Shown: positions 28,880 to 37,286 of the stretch, piece by piece
How the letters are laid out: the number at the start of each line of letters is the position of its first letter
How positions within the stretch are numbered: the first letter of the stretch is position 1
Assembly: GCA_038320555.1 (NCBI GenBank)
Contig: JBBQEJ010000001.1
Span: forward strand, 17,222 to 81,221
Length of the DNA: 64,000 nt
Direction of reading: 5' to 3'
Origin: Vicinamibacterales bacterium
GTDB lineage: Bacteria; Acidobacteriota; Vicinamibacteria; Vicinamibacterales; 2-12-FULL-66-21
Position numbers and translations under genes: made by a program
The notes under the pieces: model-generated
Databases searched by the model: none
The model's input: the letters and a program-made list of their open reading frames with translations, nothing else
What the model was told of the DNA's origin: nothing

Positions 28880-29746
28880 TCAGATCTCGCGCAAGTGAAG
28901 CGCGTCGTTGAGACTCCCGAGCCGGTATCCGCGCAGGTCCACGGTCACATGAGCATACCCGATCGCCCGGAGCTCGCGGTCGATCGTCTCGGCGGTCGCG
29001 GGCTCCAGCGCCCGCGCGATCTCGTCGCGTCCGAGCTCGAGACGCGCAATCGTATCGTGGTGGCGGACGCGGCAGATGCGGAAGCCCAGGTCGCGCAGGA
29101 CATTTTCCGCACGCTCAATCATCCGGAGCTTCTCGTCTGTGACCTCGCTGAAATAGGGAATCCGCGACGACAGGCACGCCGACGCGGGCTCGTCCCAGGT
29201 CGGCAGCCCCGCGCGCCGCGAGAGCTCGCGGATGTCGTCCTTCGTCAGGCCTGCCTCGTCGAGCGGACTCTGCACGGCGAATTCGCGCGCGGCCTGCCGG
29301 CCCGGACGATAGTCGCCGCGATCGTCCGCGTTGCTGCCGTCGGCGATGACCGGGATGCCGCGATCGCGCGCGATTGTCGAGAGGTGGCTGTAGAGCTCGT
29401 GCTTGCAGTAGTAACACCGATTCGCCGGATTGGCGCGGTACTCGGGCCGCGTCATTTCGGCGGTCTGGATGACGAGGTGATTGAAGCCGAAGTCCCTGGC
29501 GAGACGAAGCGCGAGGGCGCGGTGGCGTTCGGGATAACTGGGGCTGTCGGCCGTGACCGACAGCGCGCCGGCGCCGAGCGCCCGGTGGGCCGCGTACGCC
29601 AGGTAGGCGCTGTCCACGCCGCCGCTGTACGCGACGACGAGCGATGGCAACCCGCGCAGCCCGGCGTCGAGCGCCGCCTCTTTGCTTTCGAGCGACACGG
29701 CGTCAGTCCGCGAATCGTCCTCGCCTGCGACCGGGGCGTGCGGCAC
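28880..29746 (-). CDS. larE: PP-loop ATP pyrophosphatase of the LarE / TIGR00268 type
   Basis: VAYSGGVDSAYLA PP-loop, CYYCKHELY, and the ACLSSRIPY cysteine loop followed by RVRHHDTIARLE. The GTG start overlaps the upstream stop by 1 nt (TAGTG). Confidence 0.8.
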   Translation of the reverse strand: MPHAPVAGEDDSRTDAVSLESKEAALDAGLRGLPSLVVAYSGGVDSAYLAYAAHRALGAGALSVTADSPSYPERHRALALRLARDFGFNHLVIQTAEMTRPEYRANPANRCYYCKHELYSHLSTIARDRGIPVIADGSNADDRGDYRPGRQAAREFAVQSPLDEAGLTKDDIRELSRRAGLPTWDEPASACLSSRIPYFSEVTDEKLRMIERAENVLRDLGFRICRVRHHDTIARLELGRDEIARALEPATAETIDRELRAIGYAHVTVDLRGYRLGSLNDALHLREI

Positions 29747-29997
29747 TAGTCGAGATCCTCCCCCGTCGTATCGTCCTCCTCGTCGGCCTCGTCGGCGTCG
29801 TCGAAGTCGTCTTCATCCTCGCTGTCGTCGTCTTCGTCGTCTTCCTCGTCCTCGTCGTCGACCGACTCGAGCTCGACGGGGGCGATGCTGGTTACTTCGA
29901 GATTCGATCCGCAGTCGGGGCAGCTGATTAGATCGCCCTTGTCGACATCGAACTCGTCGACTTCGATTTCGGCATCACATTCCGGACAGGTGGCCAT
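29746..29997 (-). CDS. LysW-like zinc-ribbon protein with a polyacidic C-terminal tail
   Basis: MATCPECDAEIEVDEFDVDKGDLISCPDCGSNLEV matches the CPEC...CxDCG...LEV layout of LysW carriers. The following 40 aa or so are almost entirely D/E, ending GEDLD rather than EDWGE. Confidence 0.6.
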   Translation of the reverse strand: MATCPECDAEIEVDEFDVDKGDLISCPDCGSNLEVTSIAPVELESVDDEDEEDDEDDDSEDEDDFDDADEADEEDDTTGEDLD

Positions 29998-30156
29998 ACA
30001 TGCTCCTGGCGGCGGTCGCTTCCTCCGCGCGGCTGGCGATCATGCGAGCACACCTCACGTGTGTCAAGATCGCGATAGTCTTCGGATTATAACGAGAACC
30101 TGATAAATTCTGCAACGAGCCTAACGCGCGGGATCGGCGCGGCCGATACGTCCCGC

Positions 30157-30879
30157 GTGACGGCGTCCACTGTGGCCACCACGAAAACTGTTATCGTCGC
30201 CGACGACACCGCCTTCGTGCGGGATCGATTCGCCACGGCCCTCCTGGGCGCGGGCCACAGCGCGGTCACCGTCAAAAGCGCCGCAGAGCTCCTCGTCCGC
30301 GTGCGCGCGGATCTGGCGCGCATCGACCTCATCGTCCTCGACCTCCGGCTCCCCCATGCGGGCGGCGTCGAGCTGGTGCGGTCGATCCGCAAGCTGGATC
30401 AGGGCCGGCTTCCCATCCTCGTGTTCAGCGGGACGATTGCGAGCGCCGAGGAGGTGCGCGAGCTCGCCGCGCTGGGGGTCGCGGGCTACGTGAACGAGTA
30501 CAGCGCCGTGCAGCATATCCTGCCGTCGCTGGCGCCGCACCTCTTTCCCGACAACTTCAACCGCCGCGGCAGCCCGCGGGTCGTGCTGGGCATTCCGGTC
30601 GCCTACCGGTTCGGCAACACGATCGCCGCCGCCCTGACGCTCAACCTGAGCAAAGGCGGCGTGGCGATTCGCACGATGAGCCCGCTGGAGGGCGGGGCGA
30701 AAGTCAAAGCGAGGTTCCGGCTTCCGGGATCCAAGCGCGACATCGAGGCGGAGTCGCGCATCGCGTGGAGCGATCGACGGGTCGGGATGGGACTCCAGTT
30801 CGAGAAGGTCGAGCCGGTGGACCAGGCGGCGATCGACGAGTTCGTCGATCAGCATTTCTTTTCGAATAGAAAAGCCTGA
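30157..30879 (+). CDS. response regulator receiver domain fused to a PilZ domain
   Basis: VIVADD...DLIVLDLRLP...VFSG receiver motifs, then a PilZ-like RGSPRV...LNLSKGGVAI segment. Confidence 0.8.
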   Translation: MTASTVATTKTVIVADDTAFVRDRFATALLGAGHSAVTVKSAAELLVRVRADLARIDLIVLDLRLPHAGGVELVRSIRKLDQGRLPILVFSGTIASAEEVRELAALGVAGYVNEYSAVQHILPSLAPHLFPDNFNRRGSPRVVLGIPVAYRFGNTIAAALTLNLSKGGVAIRTMSPLEGGAKVKARFRLPGSKRDIEAESRIAWSDRRVGMGLQFEKVEPVDQAAIDEFVDQHFFSNRKA

Positions 30880-30985
30880 GCCTTCCTGGTTTTAGGTTTT
30901 AGGGGTTTTCGGTTTAGGTCAGTTGGGTTCTGAAACCTAAAACCTAGACCCCCAACCTTCAAACCAAAAACTTACAACAGGTCAC
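30880..30985. repeat. GGTTTTA-type heptamer array folding into a long hairpin between convergent genes
   Basis: GGTTTTAGGTTTTAGGGG ... CCTAAAACCTAGACCCC are largely reverse complements. Probable bidirectional terminator. Confidence 0.75.
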
Positions 30986-33109
30986 CTACTCCTTCAATAG
31001 TCTGAGCGCATTCGCGATCACGATGAGCGACGCGCCCATGTCGGCGGCAACGGCCATCCACAGCGTGGCGGCGCCGGTGACGGCGAGGATCAGGAAGGCG
31101 CCCTTCAGGCCAATCGAGAAGGCGATGTTTCCGTGGATGTTGCGCGCGGTCGCGCGGCTCAGGCGCAGCGTGTAGGGAATCTTCGAGAGCTCATCGGCCA
31201 TGAGCGCCACGTCGGCGGTTTCGAGCGCCGCGTCGGTGCCGGCGACTCCCATCGCAATCCCCACATCGGCCGCGGCAAGGGCCGGCGCATCGTTCACGCC
31301 GTCGCCGACCATCGCGAGCGCGCCGTAGCGGGCGCGCAGCTCCTCGACAGCCGTGACTTTGTCTTCCGGTAACAACCCCGCGCGATGGCCGTCCAGATCC
31401 AGCGCCTCGGCCAGCGCCCGCGCCGGAGCTTCGTGATCCCCTGTCAGTAGGACCACGTGCTGAATGCCCTGCTTCCGGAGCAGGTCCACCGCATCGCGAG
31501 CGGCTTCGCGCGGTTCGTCGGCCACGCCAATCACGCCGACCGGCGTGCCTCCCGCCGCCACCATCACCGCGCTGGCTCCACGCGCCGCGAGCGTGTCGAG
31601 CGCGGCCTCCATCTCGGGCGAGCACAGCCCTCGCTCCTCGAACAACCGGTGACTGCCGACGACCAGGTTGTGTAATCCGAGTTGTGCCTCAGCGCCACGC
31701 CCCGGCAGCGCCTGGAACGCCTCGACCGCAACCGGCCGAATCCCGAGTGACGCCGCGTGCGAGACAATGGCGCGCCCGATCGGGTGTTCGGACCGCATTT
31801 CAAGCGATGCGGCAAACCGCAACACCTCTGCGGCCTCCACACCGGCGACGGGCAGCACGTCGATCACATGAAGCCGGCCGTGGGTGAGCGTCCCGGTCTT
31901 GTCGAACGCGACGCACCGGATCGTGGCCATCCTCTCGAGGTGCGCGCCGCCTTTGATGAGCACCCCTTTCCTCGCCGCGGCCGCGAGCGCCGACACGATC
32001 GACACGGGCGTCGAAATGACGAGGGCGCACGGACACGCGATCACGAGGAGCACGAGCGAGCGATAAAACCAGGTGGACCAGCTGGCATCGGTCAGGAGCG
32101 GGGCAGCCAGCGCGATGACGACTGCCAGCGCCAGCACGACCGGTGTGTAGATGCGCGCGAACCGATCGACGAACGCCTGGCTGGGCGCGCGCTGGGTCTG
32201 CGCGCGCTCCACGAGATGAATAATCCGCGCGAGCGTGGAATCGCGACGGAGCCGCGTGACAAGAACGTCGAGCGCGCCCCGGCCGTTGATGGTTCCGGCA
32301 AAGACTTCATCGCCCGGACCCTTCTCGATCGGCAGCGACTCGCCGGTCACGGGGGCCTGGTTCACGTAGCTGTCGCCCGCCGTCACGCGGCCGTCGAGCG
32401 GCAGCTTCTCGCCGGGACGCACGAGGATCGTGTCCCCGATCAGCACGTCGTCCACCGGGACGCGCGTGTCATGGCCATCGCGCCGGACGATCGCCTCGGA
32501 CGGCGCCAGATCCATGAGGGCGCTGATGGCGCCGCGCGCCCGATCCATCGCGCGCGCTTCCAGCAGCTGCGCGAGCGCAAACAGAAAGACGACCGACGCC
32601 GCCTCGGACCATTCACCGAGCAACATGGCGCCGCCGACGGCAATCACCATGAGCGCATTGATGTCGAGGATGCCGGAGCGGATCGAGACCAGCGCGCGGC
32701 GAGCGGTGAACACGCCGCCCAGGGTGATCGACAGCACGAAGGGAATCCAGGCGATCGAACCGGGCGCGCGCAGAAACGAACCGGCGAGGCCTGCCACAAA
32801 CGCCGCGCCCGACAGGACGAGCAGCCGCTGACGCGTGACGGCAGAGGCCGTGACCGGCGCGGGCTCCTCGTGCTCGAGCCATGCGCGCATCCCCGTTTGG
32901 GCGACCGCTTCCGCGATCGATCCCGCCGACAGCCTGGCTGCGTCGTACTTGATCCGAAGCCGCCGGCCAATAACGTCCGCATCGAGCGCTTCGAGCCCGG
33001 CCAGCCGGTTCAGGCGGTGCTCGAGGATCGCGACCTCCTCGTGACAGTCCATTCCCTCAATCTTGAAGGTTGATTCGGCGTGCAGCTCGCAGACCTGACA
33101 CGTGCTCAT
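30986..33109 (-). CDS. heavy-metal translocating P1B-type ATPase (Zn/Cd/Pb-like)
   Basis: N-terminal CQVC plus an HMA-like FKIEGMDCHEEV, CPC in TM6, DKTGTLT, GDGVNDAP, and ADMGAS (DxG) in the last TM. The ATG at 33109 makes an ATGA overlap with the arsR-like stop. Confidence 0.9.
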   Translation of the reverse strand: MSTCQVCELHAESTFKIEGMDCHEEVAILEHRLNRLAGLEALDADVIGRRLRIKYDAARLSAGSIAEAVAQTGMRAWLEHEEPAPVTASAVTRQRLLVLSGAAFVAGLAGSFLRAPGSIAWIPFVLSITLGGVFTARRALVSIRSGILDINALMVIAVGGAMLLGEWSEAASVVFLFALAQLLEARAMDRARGAISALMDLAPSEAIVRRDGHDTRVPVDDVLIGDTILVRPGEKLPLDGRVTAGDSYVNQAPVTGESLPIEKGPGDEVFAGTINGRGALDVLVTRLRRDSTLARIIHLVERAQTQRAPSQAFVDRFARIYTPVVLALAVVIALAAPLLTDASWSTWFYRSLVLLVIACPCALVISTPVSIVSALAAAARKGVLIKGGAHLERMATIRCVAFDKTGTLTHGRLHVIDVLPVAGVEAAEVLRFAASLEMRSEHPIGRAIVSHAASLGIRPVAVEAFQALPGRGAEAQLGLHNLVVGSHRLFEERGLCSPEMEAALDTLAARGASAVMVAAGGTPVGVIGVADEPREAARDAVDLLRKQGIQHVVLLTGDHEAPARALAEALDLDGHRAGLLPEDKVTAVEELRARYGALAMVGDGVNDAPALAAADVGIAMGVAGTDAALETADVALMADELSKIPYTLRLSRATARNIHGNIAFSIGLKGAFLILAVTGAATLWMAVAADMGASLIVIANALRLLKE

Positions 33110-33654
33110 CGCGGTTCGCGGTTCGCGATTCGCGGTTCGCGGTTCGTAGGTCCTGAATCGGGAGCTGACGCGTGTCGCGGTTCGCGATGTGCGGTTAGCC
33201 GCTCGCCCCTCGACGTTGCTCGGGGCGACCCTGAGCTTGTCGAAGGGTCGGGGACTGATGAGATGCGCGAATCGCCAATCGCGAATCGCGGCTCCTCCAC
33301 ATGGGTCAACGCCTGGTTGAGCAGCTCGAGAATGTGCTGATCGTCGACCGCGTAGTAGACCAGACGGCCCGCGCGGCGGGGGCGCACGAGACGCATGCCC
33401 CGCAGCAGCCGCAACTGGTGCGACGCCGCGGACTCGCTGATGCCGACGAGCGACGCGATGTCGCAGACGCAAAGCTCCCCTCCCGACAGCGCGTCGAGAA
33501 TCCGCACCCGTGTCGGATCTCCGAGGACGCGGAATGTCTCGGCAAGCGCTTCGACCGTACGCGCGCCCATCAGCAGGGGTTTTCGCGCCGCCGCCTGATG
33601 GGGACCCGCGCATTCGACGGTCGTGGTGGCGGGGCGTTCTTTGATTGTGGACAT
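33106..33654 (-). CDS. ArsR/SmtB-family metalloregulator with a repeat-encoded C-terminal tail
   Basis: LGDPTRVRILDAL...ELCVCDIASLVGISESAASHQLRLLR winged-helix core. There is no in-frame stop until 33106, so about 65 extra residues (ending NREPRIANREPR) are encoded by the repeat region. Confidence 0.75.
   Translation of the reverse strand: MSTIKERPATTTVECAGPHQAAARKPLLMGARTVEALAETFRVLGDPTRVRILDALSGGELCVCDIASLVGISESAASHQLRLLRGMRLVRPRRAGRLVYYAVDDQHILELLNQALTHVEEPRFAIGDSRISSVPDPSTSSGSPRATSRGERLTAHREPRHASAPDSGPTNREPRIANREPR
33110..33296. repeat. composite repeat region: GGTTCGC heptamers, an internal double hairpin, and inverted GAATCGC heptamers
   Basis: Heptamers run 33114-33162. Hairpins GCCCC(12)GGGGC and GACCCT(11)AGGGTC lie at 33205-33249. 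GAATCGC CAATCGC GAATCGC sits at 33269-33289, and CGCGATTCGCG (33124-33134) is the exact complement of 33280-33290. Confidence 0.85.
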
Positions 33655-33658
33655 ATGA

Positions 33659-33682
33659 ATATATGAGCAACTGCTCATATAT
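33659..33682. promoter_or_regulatory. 11-2-11 perfect inverted repeat, candidate ArsR-family operator
   Basis: ATATATGAGCA-AC-TGCTCATATAT lies immediately upstream of the arsR-like start (33654) in an AT-rich patch. ArsR/SmtB operators are typically imperfect 12-2-12 palindromes. Confidence 0.6.
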
Positions 33683-33897
33683 AATCTACTCCGATCGCCT
33701 CCCACAAAGCAAGGCGTAGCAGCCACTGCGCCCCACTGGGGCGCCTTGACACATTTTTCCCTGTGTCAGTACTATGCGGGATCGGACTGTAATTGGCCTT
33801 CCATCTATACCTTACGCAGTCAGGTCGGAAACGGCAAGGTTCGCGCTAGAGAAAGCTCCCCGCCTGTTCGACCGGGCGTACGGAACGGAGTACTTGT

Positions 33898-34899
33898 GTG
33901 ATCGAAGTCCAGCACATCACAAAACGCTACGGCAACGTGACGGCCGTGGACGATGTCAGTTTTCGCGTCGAGCGGGGCGAAATCCTCGGCTTTCTCGGCC
34001 CGAACGGCGCGGGAAAAACCACCACGATGCGAATCCTGACCGGCTACATGCCGCCGTCGGAGGGGCGCGCCATGGTGGCGGGCTATGACCTGTTCAACGA
34101 CGCGATTGCGGCGAAACGGCGCACCGGGTACCTGCCGGAAACGCCCCCGCTCTATCCCGACATGACCGCGCTCGAGTATCTCGACTTCGTCGCGCGGATC
34201 AAAGGGGTCCCGTCCCGCGATCGGAAGACCCGCGTCGCCGCCGTGATGGAGCGCACGCACATCACAGACGTCGCCCATCGGCACTGCGGCAAGCTGTCCA
34301 AGGGCTACCGGCAGCGCGTCGGTCTCGCGCAGGCGCTCATTCACAACCCCGACGTGCTGATCCTCGATGAGCCAACCGCCGGGCTCGATCCGAAGCAGAT
34401 CATCGAGACCCGCGAACTCATCAGAAGCCTGGCGGGGAATCACACGATCGTCCTCAGCACGCACATTCTTCCGGAAGTCGCCCAGACCTGCGACCGCGTC
34501 GTCATCATCAACAAGGGACGCGTCGTGGCGATCGATACACCCGACAACCTCACCGCGCGCCTCAAGGGTGCGGCGACCCTGTACGTGCAGGTCGATGCCC
34601 AGGGTGCGGATGCCGGCGCCGCGCTCGCGGCGGTCCCCGGCGTCACGCGAGTGTCGAGCGCGGAGCATCCACGCGGCGCGGCCGCGGCGGACGCCGACGC
34701 CGTACCGCCGCCGGCGGGCGTGCCGCAGGCCTTCGAAGTGGAAAGTGAACCGGAAGTCGATGTGCGTCGCGACCTCGCGCGCGCGGTGGTGACGCGCGGG
34801 TGGGGGCTGCTCGAGCTGCGGCCCGTCCGCATGAGCCTGGAGGACGTGTTCCTGCAAGTCACGACCGAGGAAGTTCCGGAGGAGGCGCCCCATGCGTAA
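33898..34899 (+). CDS. ABC transporter ATP-binding protein (GldA-like, ABC-2 type)
   Basis: Walker A GPNGAGKTT, signature LSKGYRQR and Walker B LILDEPTAGLD. GTG start with GGAG 7 nt upstream. Confidence 0.85.
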   Translation: MIEVQHITKRYGNVTAVDDVSFRVERGEILGFLGPNGAGKTTTMRILTGYMPPSEGRAMVAGYDLFNDAIAAKRRTGYLPETPPLYPDMTALEYLDFVARIKGVPSRDRKTRVAAVMERTHITDVAHRHCGKLSKGYRQRVGLAQALIHNPDVLILDEPTAGLDPKQIIETRELIRSLAGNHTIVLSTHILPEVAQTCDRVVIINKGRVVAIDTPDNLTARLKGAATLYVQVDAQGADAGAALAAVPGVTRVSSAEHPRGAAAADADAVPPPAGVPQAFEVESEPEVDVRRDLARAVVTRGWGLLELRPVRMSLEDVFLQVTTEEVPEEAPHA

Positions 34900-35662
34900 C
34901 ATCCTGGCGATTGCCGACAAGGAGCTCCGCTCCTACTTTGCGTCTCCGATCGCGTACATCATGATCGGTTTGTTCTCGCTGCTCTTCGGCGTGTTCTTCT
35001 ATCTGTTCCTGGTGGCGTTCGTACAGCAGAGCGAGCAGATGATGCAATTTGGCGGCGGCGGCGCGCCCAACATCAACCAGATGATGATTGGCGGCCTCTT
35101 CCAGAATACGGCGGTCGTGATCCTCTTCATGATGCCGATGATTACGATGCGGACGTATTCGGAAGAGAAACGGTCCGGCACGATCGAGCTCCTGCTGACG
35201 TCGCCACTGACCGACCTGGAGATCATCGTGGGCAAGTTCATCGGGGCGATGGGATTGTACGTGGCGATGCTGCTCGTCACGATGATCTACATCGGCATCC
35301 TGTTCATCTACGGCAACCCGGAGTGGCGTCCGATCGCCGCCGGGTACATCGGGCTGCTCCTGATGGGCGGCTCATTCATCTCGCTGGGACTCTTCATCTC
35401 GAGCGTCACCAAGAACCAGATCGTGGCGGGGTTCCTCACATTCGGAACGTTTCTGCTGTTGTGGGTCATTGGCTGGTTCGGAGACAACGGCGGCAGTACG
35501 CTGACGCAGAGCATCGTCAAGGGTCTCTCGATCACCGAGCACTTCAGCGATTTCGCCCGCGGCATCGTGGACAGCTACCACGTCGTCTACTACCTCAGTT
35601 TCATCACATTCGGCCTGTTCCTGACCGCCAAGTCAGTCGACATGGAACGCTGGCGCGGGTAA
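34892..35662 (+). CDS. ABC-2 type permease (GldF-like)
   Basis: 256-aa polytopic protein starting MRNILAIADKELRSYFASPIAYI. It overlaps the ATPase gene by 8 nt. Confidence 0.8.
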   Translation: MRNILAIADKELRSYFASPIAYIMIGLFSLLFGVFFYLFLVAFVQQSEQMMQFGGGGAPNINQMMIGGLFQNTAVVILFMMPMITMRTYSEEKRSGTIELLLTSPLTDLEIIVGKFIGAMGLYVAMLLVTMIYIGILFIYGNPEWRPIAAGYIGLLLMGGSFISLGLFISSVTKNQIVAGFLTFGTFLLLWVIGWFGDNGGSTLTQSIVKGLSITEHFSDFARGIVDSYHVVYYLSFITFGLFLTAKSVDMERWRG

Positions 35663-35669
35663 CGCAATC

Positions 35670-37286
35670 ATGCTCAAAAGAGTGCTGGGGCTCGTTGGTT
35701 GGCTTGGCGTGGCGCTCGTGGGCGCCGCGCTGGCGATTTCGCAGTTGAAGCCGGAGTGGCAGTGGTTCAGAACGCTCGCACTCGCCGGGCTCGCGTGTAC
35801 GCTTCTTTACATCCTCAGCCAGTGGCGCGATGTCGCGCGATCGTTTTCGGGCCGCAATGCCCGGCTCGGATCGCTCGCGGCCGCAAGCGTGGTCGTCGTC
35901 CTGGCCCTGCTCGTGGCTATCAACTACCTCGCCAAACGCCACAACAAACGTTGGGACTGGACGGCAGCGCACCAGTATTCTTTGTCCGACCAGACGAAGA
36001 AAGTGCTCCATGGACTGCAGAGGCCCATGCGCATTCGCGTCTACGCCAGGCCCGATGATTTCGGCCGCTTTCGCGAGAGGCTCGATGAGTACCAGTACGA
36101 GAGCAACCAGCTGAAAGTCGAGTACATCGATCCCGAACGGCGTCCGACGCTGGCGAACCAGGACAAGGTCGTGCAGATGAACACCGTCGTGATCGAGTAC
36201 GACGGCCGCACGGAGCGTGTGACAACTGACACGGAACAGGCGTTGACCAACGCCATCATCAAGGTCATTCAGGGGAAGCAGAACAAGCTGTACTTCGTCC
36301 AGGGGCACGGCGAACGGTCGACCGACGATTCGGAACGGACCGGCTACAGCACGATCGCGGGACTGCTGGCGTCGGAGAACTTCGCGACCGATAAGCTCGT
36401 GCTCGCACAGCAGCGGCAGGTGCCGGCCGATGCCAGCGTCGTGGTGATCGCCGGGCCCAAGGAAGACTTCTTCCCCGCCGAGATCGACGCCCTCAAGGCC
36501 TATCTGGCGAAGGGCGGAAAGGTGTTGTTCCTCCTCGATCCCCGCGAGCGCGCCGACTCGCCGCAATTGACCAACCTCATCGCATTGGTGAAGGACTGGG
36601 GCATCGAGGTGGGCGACAACGTCGTGATCAACGTGCCGGCGGATGTTCAGGTCAAAGACGGCGAGGCGATCGACGTCAGCGCGTTGGCGTCGCTGCCCAA
36701 CTCCGATGGCACGTTCGTGCTTGCCGCAAAGTACGCTCCGCATCCAATCGTGCAGGGCTTCCGAATCCTCACCGCGTACCGCCTCGTACGGTCGGTCTCG
36801 GCTGTCGCGTCCAGCAGCGACCGCCGTACCGCTCAGAACGTTGTCGAGACCACGGACACGAGCTGGGCCGAGACGGACATGAAGCGGCTGACGACGTCGG
36901 GACAGGTCGCGCGCGAACCAGCCAAGGGGGACAAGCCGGGGCCGATATCGATCGCCGCTGCGGTGTCGGCGCCGATCGCGGAGACCCCGGCAGCCGATCC
37001 GAAGGACCAGAAGGAGCGCCCTGAAACGCGTGTGGCCGTGTTCGGGGACTCGGATTTCGGCAGCAACGGGCTGCTGGGATTTCAGGGGAATCACAATCTG
37101 TTCATGAACACGGTGAGCTGGCTCGCGCAACAGGAGAACCTGATCTCCATTCGGCCGCGCGACCCGGAAGATCGCCGCGTGACGCTGACGGCCCGGCAGC
37201 AGAGCCTGATCCGCCTGCTTGCGATTTTCGTGATTCCCGGATTGATCCTCGCGGCGGGCGTCCAGACGTGGTGGCGGAGGCGATAG
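35670..37286 (+). CDS. GldG-like ABC transporter auxiliary component
   Basis: N- and C-terminal TM anchors around a large periplasmic domain. Its position after the gldA/gldF-like genes supports the call. Confidence 0.7.
   Translation: MLKRVLGLVGWLGVALVGAALAISQLKPEWQWFRTLALAGLACTLLYILSQWRDVARSFSGRNARLGSLAAASVVVVLALLVAINYLAKRHNKRWDWTAAHQYSLSDQTKKVLHGLQRPMRIRVYARPDDFGRFRERLDEYQYESNQLKVEYIDPERRPTLANQDKVVQMNTVVIEYDGRTERVTTDTEQALTNAIIKVIQGKQNKLYFVQGHGERSTDDSERTGYSTIAGLLASENFATDKLVLAQQRQVPADASVVVIAGPKEDFFPAEIDALKAYLAKGGKVLFLLDPRERADSPQLTNLIALVKDWGIEVGDNVVINVPADVQVKDGEAIDVSALASLPNSDGTFVLAAKYAPHPIVQGFRILTAYRLVRSVSAVASSSDRRTAQNVVETTDTSWAETDMKRLTTSGQVAREPAKGDKPGPISIAAAVSAPIAETPAADPKDQKERPETRVAVFGDSDFGSNGLLGFQGNHNLFMNTVSWLAQQENLISIRPRDPEDRRVTLTARQQSLIRLLAIFVIPGLILAAGVQTWWRRR

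Noticed and set aside
29746-29997. Genuine LysW of the alpha-aminoadipate lysine/arginine pathway
   Set aside because: No lysX/Z/Y/J/K neighbours are present, and the C-terminus is GEDLD after a long polyacidic tail instead of the EDWGE attachment motif.
30986-33670. 894-aa version of the ATPase ORF, with 187 extra N-terminal residues
   Set aside because: The extension is translated from the repeat region and from the antisense of the ArsR gene (it includes the repeat-derived PFDKLRVAPSNVEGR). The ATG at 33109 gives a canonical CxxC/HMA N-terminus and an ATGA junction with the regulator.
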